Shown in pieces: positions 58,369-64,000 of a stretch of 64,000 nt of DNA. The DNA is from an uncultured Sediminibacterium sp. (GTDB lineage Bacteria > Bacteroidota > Bacteroidia > Chitinophagales > Chitinophagaceae), in assembly GCA_964492205.1 (NCBI GenBank), contig CAZBJP010000001.1:31781-95780 (forward strand). Direction: 5' to 3'. A program made the translations under genes and the position numbers. How positions within the stretch are numbered: position 1 is the stretch's first letter; the number at the start of each line of letters is the position of its first letter. The notes below the pieces were generated by a model. It saw only the letters and a list, made by a program, of their open reading frames with translations. It was not told where the DNA came from and did no database searches.

Positions 58369-59507
58369 AATTAATTTTAGGGTGCTTATCATTACTTTTT
58401 TGTCAACTGGGCTTTGCGCAAAATCAAAAGGCAATTGCATTTCAGGCCGTTGCAAGAACAAATCAAGGTGTCATAATGCCTAATAAAAACATGCATTTGA
58501 GAGTCAGTCTTTTGAACGACACGAATGAGAATATAATATTTTATCAAGAATTAAAAGCTATTACTACCAATCCATTAGGTTTGTTTACAATATTAATTGG
58601 CGCAGATGAGCCTTCAAAAATTATTACAATTGGTGATTTTAAAAAAATGGATTGGGGTCAAACAAATTACTTTATTAGAGTAGAGATTGATCCGGAAAAA
58701 AATTTACATTTCACACGTATTGGTCAACAGCAAATCCATTATGTTGCCTATGCTTTTACAGCCGATCATATTAAAGCATCTAACCTTGAAGGCATTTTAA
58801 GTGTAGCACAAGGAGGCACAGGGTTCAACAATTTAATAGCATTTAAACAAGCTTTACAATTAGACAAGGTGAATAATATTCCAGACACAGCCAAAGCATT
58901 GAGCAAAGCTAGTATAAATGCACTCAATAATAAATTGGAGAAAAAAGATACTGTCAGTCTAAGTAACAGAATTAATCAAAAAATAAATAAGGGAGAAATC
59001 ACATCAGTTGATTTGGAGACAAGTTTAGGATTTTTGCCTATTGAATTAGATTTTGGGCATTTTTTTGATACAAGCAGGCAAATCGCACCTATTCAAACCG
59101 CTACTTCAGTTAAATGGAGTGATACAAGTAATAATAGTCATGTCTATATTAGTAATAATACTAGCTTGGAGCCTAGTCGGATAACTGTTTCAAAAGCAGG
59201 TACTTATCTTGTTCAATATAGTCTTCAAGTAAGCAATGCCCTTATTAATAATGACGAAATCAGTATTTGGATTAGGCGAAATGGATCGGCTTATCCTAAT
59301 AGCCTTAAACAGTTTTTAACCGGGTCGATAGGTGTTAAAAATATATTTTCTGGGCAAGCCATGGTCCCACTTGGAGACGCAGACTATATTGAACTTTTTT
59401 TCAGTGTCAAAAACAGCCAAACGCAATTATTAAAAACTAGTAGTTTAACCAGTCCTTCAAGGCCAGCCACACCAAGTGCTCAAATCCAGATATTAAGAAT
59501 TCAATAA
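58365..59507 (+). CDS. Exported fibre/adhesin-like protein with tail-fibre-like motifs and C1q/BclA-like C-terminal domain
   Basis: AFQAVAR...YQE...GLF...VAYAF N-domain; LSVAQGGTG; LDKVNNIPD; RITVSKAGTYLVQYSLQ; ATGA overlap with the upstream gene. Confidence 0.62.
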   Translation: MKLILGCLSLLFCQLGFAQNQKAIAFQAVARTNQGVIMPNKNMHLRVSLLNDTNENIIFYQELKAITTNPLGLFTILIGADEPSKIITIGDFKKMDWGQTNYFIRVEIDPEKNLHFTRIGQQQIHYVAYAFTADHIKASNLEGILSVAQGGTGFNNLIAFKQALQLDKVNNIPDTAKALSKASINALNNKLEKKDTVSLSNRINQKINKGEITSVDLETSLGFLPIELDFGHFFDTSRQIAPIQTATSVKWSDTSNNSHVYISNNTSLEPSRITVSKAGTYLVQYSLQVSNALINNDEISIWIRRNGSAYPNSLKQFLTGSIGVKNIFSGQAMVPLGDADYIELFFSVKNSQTQLLKTSSLTSPSRPATPSAQIQILRIQ

Positions 59508-59589
59508 GTCAAAAGGGTTCCATTCATAACATTTCTTTTTAAATACAAGCGTGCCTAGTTAACTTTAGTCTGAAAAAAAATTTAACACT

Positions 59590-62274
59590 ATGCGTCAAAT
59601 TGTATCTCTACTGGGATTTGTACTACTTTTTAGTACGCAGCTTATTGCACAATCTGTCCCTAGTCCAAAAAGTCATTTTGGATTTAACATTGGGGACAAT
59701 TATAAACTAGCTACGTTTACTGCAACAGAAGCTTATTTGAAAAAATTAGCAGCAAGTTCAAACAAAGTAAAATTAAACACGATTGGTACAACTGAAGAAG
59801 GTCGTAACCATTATATGATGGTTGTATCTAGTCCAGAAAATATTAAGCAATTACAGAAATACAAAACCATTTCTCAAAAATTAGCAAGAGCTGAATCTTT
59901 ATCCGATGCTGAAGCAAAGCAATTGGCTGACGAAGGAAAAGCTGTAGTTTGGATTGATGGAGGATTACACGCTACAGAAGTGGTGGGCATTCATCAATGG
60001 ATTGAAACAATGTATCAGCTCATCACTCGTCAAGATGAAGAAACAAAAAATATTTTAAAGAATACAATCATTTTGTTTGTTCATGCAAATCCTGATGGAC
60101 AAGAATTAGTATCTAATTGGTATATGCGCAATCCTGATACTTTAAAAAGAGCCACTTCGGCCTTGCCAAGATTGTACCAAAAATATATTGGGCACGATAA
60201 CAACCGTGATTTTTTTATGATGAACATGAGTGAATCAAAAAACATGAGTCGTCAACAATATATTGAGTGGATGCCACAGATACTTTATAATCACCACCAA
60301 ACAGGACCAGCAGGAACCGTTGTAGCAGGGCCACCTTACAGAGATCCATTTAACTATGTATACAATCCATTATTGATCACTAGTTTGGACGCCATGGGTG
60401 CCGCGATGAGTAGTCGTTTGAATGCAGAAAAAAAACCAGGTTATACCATGAAAGGAGGTTCTGTTTATTCTACATGGTGGAATGGCGGTTTAAGAACCAC
60501 CGCTTACTATCACAATATTGTAGGTATTTTAACAGAAATAATTGGTAGCCCAACGCCAATGAAAATTCCTTTAGTTCCTCAGAGATTGATCCCCAATAGT
60601 GGCCTGCCTTATCCTATCGAGCCACAAAAATGGTATTTCAAAAACTCCATTGACTATTCTGTTTCTTTAAACTATGCTGTACTTAATTATGCTGCAAGGT
60701 ATAAAGACGAAGTGTTGTTAAACATGTATAAAATGGGTAAAGCAGCTATTGAATTAGGAAGTCAAGACAATTGGACCCTTTCGCCTAACAAAGTTGAAAT
60801 GCTAAATGAACAATTAAAAGTAGAAAAACGAGATACCAAAGTGGACAGTATTGCCATGTTGAGTTATGCAAAAGTATATAAAGCCCCAAATTTAAGAGAT
60901 CCTAGAGGTTATATCATTCCAGCTAATCAAACTAGTAGCGCCATTTCTTTTGTAAATATTTTAATTCAAAGTGGTATTAAAGTACATAAAGCAACAAGCG
61001 ACTTTGTTGTACAGGGTAAAAATTACTTAGCTGGATCCTATATTGTAAAAACAAATCAGGCTTTTAGAGCACATGTGTTAGATATGTTTGATCCACAGGA
61101 TCATCCAAATGATTTTTTATACCCTGGCGGCCCACCAGTGCGCCCTTATGATGCTGCAGGTTGGACACCCTCTTACACAATGGGTGTTGAATTCGACAGG
61201 ATCTTAGATGACTTTAATGGCCCATTCGAAGTCATTCCTTATGGACAAATACAAAAAGCAAAGGGCAATTTAGTTGTAGCAAATAAAATATCAACTTCTA
61301 CTTATAGCTTTAGCAACACAGATAATAATAGTTTTGTGGCCATCAACGACTTATTAAAAGCTGGTCATACTGTGTACAAAAACAAAGAGGGCTTTTATGT
61401 AACAGGTATAGCTGAAGAACAAGTAAAGCAATCTATTGTAAATATGGGACTCACGGTAAAAGCAGTTGAAAGCTTACCATCAGATGCCGTTAAAGTTGAA
61501 AAAATTAAAATTGCATTATGGGATCGATACGGTGGATCTATGCCATCTGGATGGGTAAGATGGATTTTTGAACAACACCATTTTGATTTTAATTTATTGT
61601 ATGCAAAAGAAATTAACGCAGGTAATTTAAAAGATAAATATGATGTCCTTGTTTTTGTAGATGGCGCTATACCAGCTGTGGTTCCTGGACCTCCTTCTCC
61701 TTATGATGACAGAGAGCCAAATTTAGATGAAGTGCCTGCTGAATTTCACTCAACCATTGGAAAGATAAGTGCAGAGCAATCTATCCCAGCCTTGAAGGCT
61801 TTTGTAGAGCAAGGTGGCAAGATTATAACCATCGGCTCTAGCGCTAACCTAGCTTATCATTTAGAACTACCTGTAAAAAATGCGATAGTAGAAATGTTCA
61901 ATGGCAAAGAACGTAATTTACCTGGAGAGAAATTTTATATTCCTGGAAGCATTTTGCAAGTTGCCGTTGAGCCTTCTGTGAGAGCAAACTGGGGCATGAA
62001 AAATAAAGCAGATGTGTACTTTAACAATAGTCCTGTTTTCAAAGTACAACCTGCAGCAATTGCAAATGGTACTATTACACCATTAGCATGGTTTGCTTCA
62101 GACAAAACATTAAGAAGCGGCTGGGCATTTGGCCAATCTTATTTACAAGATGGTGTTGCTGCTTTTGAAGCAAAAATTGGGAAAGGTAAATTATTTGTTT
62201 ACGGTCCCGAAATCACATTCAGAGGTCAAACACATTCAACCTATAAAATGTTGTTTAATCAGTTATATAATTAA
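59590..62274 (+). CDS. M14 family zinc carboxypeptidase-like protein
   Basis: GLHATE, NPDG, GHDNNRD, YNHHQ. Confidence 0.92.
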   Translation: MRQIVSLLGFVLLFSTQLIAQSVPSPKSHFGFNIGDNYKLATFTATEAYLKKLAASSNKVKLNTIGTTEEGRNHYMMVVSSPENIKQLQKYKTISQKLARAESLSDAEAKQLADEGKAVVWIDGGLHATEVVGIHQWIETMYQLITRQDEETKNILKNTIILFVHANPDGQELVSNWYMRNPDTLKRATSALPRLYQKYIGHDNNRDFFMMNMSESKNMSRQQYIEWMPQILYNHHQTGPAGTVVAGPPYRDPFNYVYNPLLITSLDAMGAAMSSRLNAEKKPGYTMKGGSVYSTWWNGGLRTTAYYHNIVGILTEIIGSPTPMKIPLVPQRLIPNSGLPYPIEPQKWYFKNSIDYSVSLNYAVLNYAARYKDEVLLNMYKMGKAAIELGSQDNWTLSPNKVEMLNEQLKVEKRDTKVDSIAMLSYAKVYKAPNLRDPRGYIIPANQTSSAISFVNILIQSGIKVHKATSDFVVQGKNYLAGSYIVKTNQAFRAHVLDMFDPQDHPNDFLYPGGPPVRPYDAAGWTPSYTMGVEFDRILDDFNGPFEVIPYGQIQKAKGNLVVANKISTSTYSFSNTDNNSFVAINDLLKAGHTVYKNKEGFYVTGIAEEQVKQSIVNMGLTVKAVESLPSDAVKVEKIKIALWDRYGGSMPSGWVRWIFEQHHFDFNLLYAKEINAGNLKDKYDVLVFVDGAIPAVVPGPPSPYDDREPNLDEVPAEFHSTIGKISAEQSIPALKAFVEQGGKIITIGSSANLAYHLELPVKNAIVEMFNGKERNLPGEKFYIPGSILQVAVEPSVRANWGMKNKADVYFNNSPVFKVQPAAIANGTITPLAWFASDKTLRSGWAFGQSYLQDGVAAFEAKIGKGKLFVYGPEITFRGQTHSTYKMLFNQLYN

Positions 62275-62301
62275 ACATTCTTTTAATGCTGAATGCTGCA
62301 T

Positions 62302-62336
62302 AAAAAAAGGAGCTACAGTTTGTAGCTCCTTTTTTT
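62302..62336. terminator. Bidirectional intrinsic terminator
   Basis: AAAAAAAGGAGCTACA-GTT-TGTAGCTCCTTTTTTT. Confidence 0.88.
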
Positions 62337-62349
62337 ATTTTATGATCGA

Positions 62350-63633
62350 CTATCCAAAAGGTTGTTCGATCGAAATACTTTGTTTAGAAAAATAATGTGG
62401 GCCATCTTCTGCAATATACAAACAGTCTTCTAAGCGAATACCAAATTCACCTGGGATAGAAATTGTAGGTTCATTGCTAAAACACATACCTATTGCCAAT
62501 GGCGTTGTATTGCCTTTTACAAAATTTGTCCACTCGTGTCCTTCTAGTCCAATACCATGTCCTGTTCTATGTGGCAAGCCAGGTAATTTATAATTACTCA
62601 TAAATCCCGCTTTTTCAATTACTGCCCTTGCAGCTGCATCTACCACTTCACATGGTGCACCAATCTTAATTGCTGCAAATGCAGCATTCTGTGCTTCCAA
62701 TTCCACATTCCAAACGTCGGTTTGTCTTTGTGTTGGTTTGCCAACAACAATTGTTCTGGTAATATCAGAAGCATATCCTTCTACACTTGTTCCTCCATCT
62801 ACCATGACGATATCCCCTTCTTGAATAACTTGTGGGGTAATACTTCCATGTGGCAATGCTGAATACTTACCCACTTGCACAGAAGCACCTCCACTATAAC
62901 CCAGCTTTCTAAATGCTGCACTTATATTGCCACTGAACTCCGACTGAGACATGCCAGGACGAATAGTTGCAAACGCTGCTTGATAAGCTTGAATAGTTAT
63001 ATCACTTGAATATTGCATCAATGCAATCTCTGCTTTTGTTTTATACATTCTGCAACCAGCAGTAACTGGTGTTGCATCTACAAGATCAAATCCAGTCGCT
63101 AATTTTTTTACCCCATCGGCAATGAAAAAGCGTACACGCTCTTCCATCCCAATTTTTTTATATTTAACACCTCTATCTTTAATTATAGCTAAAATTAAAG
63201 CATATGGACTTTCGTGTTCTTCCCAACACCTAACTTCATCTCCAAAAACAGGATTCAATAATTCCATTGCCCTATCTTCTTCAAACTTTGGACAGACATA
63301 AGCTATAGCGCCTCTTGCAGGTATCACTACACCAAAAGTTCTTTCACTTTGCCCCCAGCGCATGCCTGTAAAATAAAAGCATGAAGCAGTGCCTTCCAAA
63401 AAAATAGCGTCCATTTTTTCTTTTGCCATAATCGCTTGCGCTTTAGCAATTCTTTGTTTGCGTTCCTCTACTGTAATTGGCACGACACCTTCTTTCATTG
63501 GAACTAAATCAAGTATTGGCTTAGGCAATTCGCTATTAGTGCTGGTTTCGTTAGCAAGCACTTTGCTGCTTAGGCCAAGCGCACCCGCAGATAAAAATGC
63601 AGTGCTTAAAAATTTTCTTCTATTCTGATTCAT
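62350..63633 (-). CDS. Xaa-Pro dipeptidase (M24B), Tat-exported
   Basis: NRRKFLS; VDGG, SDITRT, HRTGHGIGLEGHE, SNEP, GIRLED. Confidence 0.93.
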   Translation of the reverse strand: MNQNRRKFLSTAFLSAGALGLSSKVLANETSTNSELPKPILDLVPMKEGVVPITVEERKQRIAKAQAIMAKEKMDAIFLEGTASCFYFTGMRWGQSERTFGVVIPARGAIAYVCPKFEEDRAMELLNPVFGDEVRCWEEHESPYALILAIIKDRGVKYKKIGMEERVRFFIADGVKKLATGFDLVDATPVTAGCRMYKTKAEIALMQYSSDITIQAYQAAFATIRPGMSQSEFSGNISAAFRKLGYSGGASVQVGKYSALPHGSITPQVIQEGDIVMVDGGTSVEGYASDITRTIVVGKPTQRQTDVWNVELEAQNAAFAAIKIGAPCEVVDAAARAVIEKAGFMSNYKLPGLPHRTGHGIGLEGHEWTNFVKGNTTPLAIGMCFSNEPTISIPGEFGIRLEDCLYIAEDGPHYFSKQSISIEQPFG

Positions 63634-63682
63634 TTTTATTTTATTATACGATTATTTATTCCTTTCTAAATGGTTGTAGCAA

Positions 63683-64000
63683 TTACCAAGCAATACCATA
63701 ATCTTCTCCATGATTAGAACTACCTCCCCACATTGATCCATGCTTCCAATCAAATAAAATAGCATTGATTGGTCCACTTGTACGATCATCAAAAGTTAAA
63801 TTATATCCTCTGGCTCTTAAATCCTTTCGTACCCATTCAGGCACGCCATCATGTAATAATAAACTACCTGGTCTTGGTTTTCTATCTAATGCTTTTGAAC
63901 CTCCTAATGAAAGCCAAAGTTGATTGGTATTGATATTTGCCGCTTCACTAGCTTCTTGCACTGTCATACCAAACTCTACCACATTTAAAAAGAATTGCAA
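63683..64000 (-). CDS. ggt: Gamma-glutamyltransferase family protein, C-terminal part (5'-truncated by the window edge)
   Basis: QFFLNVVEFGMTVQEA...LRARGY...GPINAI...GGS resembles the GGT small-subunit C-terminus. Confidence 0.75.
   Translation of the reverse strand: MQFFLNVVEFGMTVQEASEAANINTNQLWLSLGGSKALDRKPRPGSLLLHDGVPEWVRKDLRARGYNLTFDDRTSGPINAILFDWKHGSMWGGSSNHGEDYGIAW

Noticed and set aside
391-63628. Many short ORFs in the track overlapping long genes (e.g. 23323-23781, 28988-29404, 35645-36091, 43176-43577)
   Set aside because: They are antisense or off-frame shadows of well-supported genes with no recognisable motifs
1-64000. CRISPR arrays, rRNA, insertion sequences, prophage or defence systems
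   Set aside because: No regularly spaced repeats, rRNA-like tracts or matching protein motifs were seen

Overview
AT-rich Bacteroidota chromosome segment, most consistent with a Chitinophagaceae (Sediminibacterium-like) heterotroph; the taxon is inferred from gene content and TAnnTTTG-type promoters. Most of the window encodes housekeeping and peptide-scavenging proteins (pckA end, DUF47/PiT, TonB receptors, many peptidases and amidohydrolases, an ECF sigma operon, fucP). Three regions stand out. (1) A ~13.4 kb sulfur-oxidation cluster (40989-54400): SQR, two persulfide dioxygenase-rhodanese paralogues, rhodanese, exported DsrE, TauE, a porin, a Tat-exported SoxB-like hydrolase, TsdA, a split YeeE pair and a Crp/Fnr regulator, with no soxYZ/AX/CD in the window. 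It carries five GTGA-N6-TCAC boxes, four of them exactly 22 nt from a -7-like promoter element. (2) Light/UV-stress genes flanking that cluster on both sides. (3) A stand-alone tRNA-Cys-like RNA (55344-55414, minus strand) with intact stems but lost identity elements, its own promoter, a 17-bp palindrome and a terminator. No CRISPR array, rRNA, transposase or integrase was seen.
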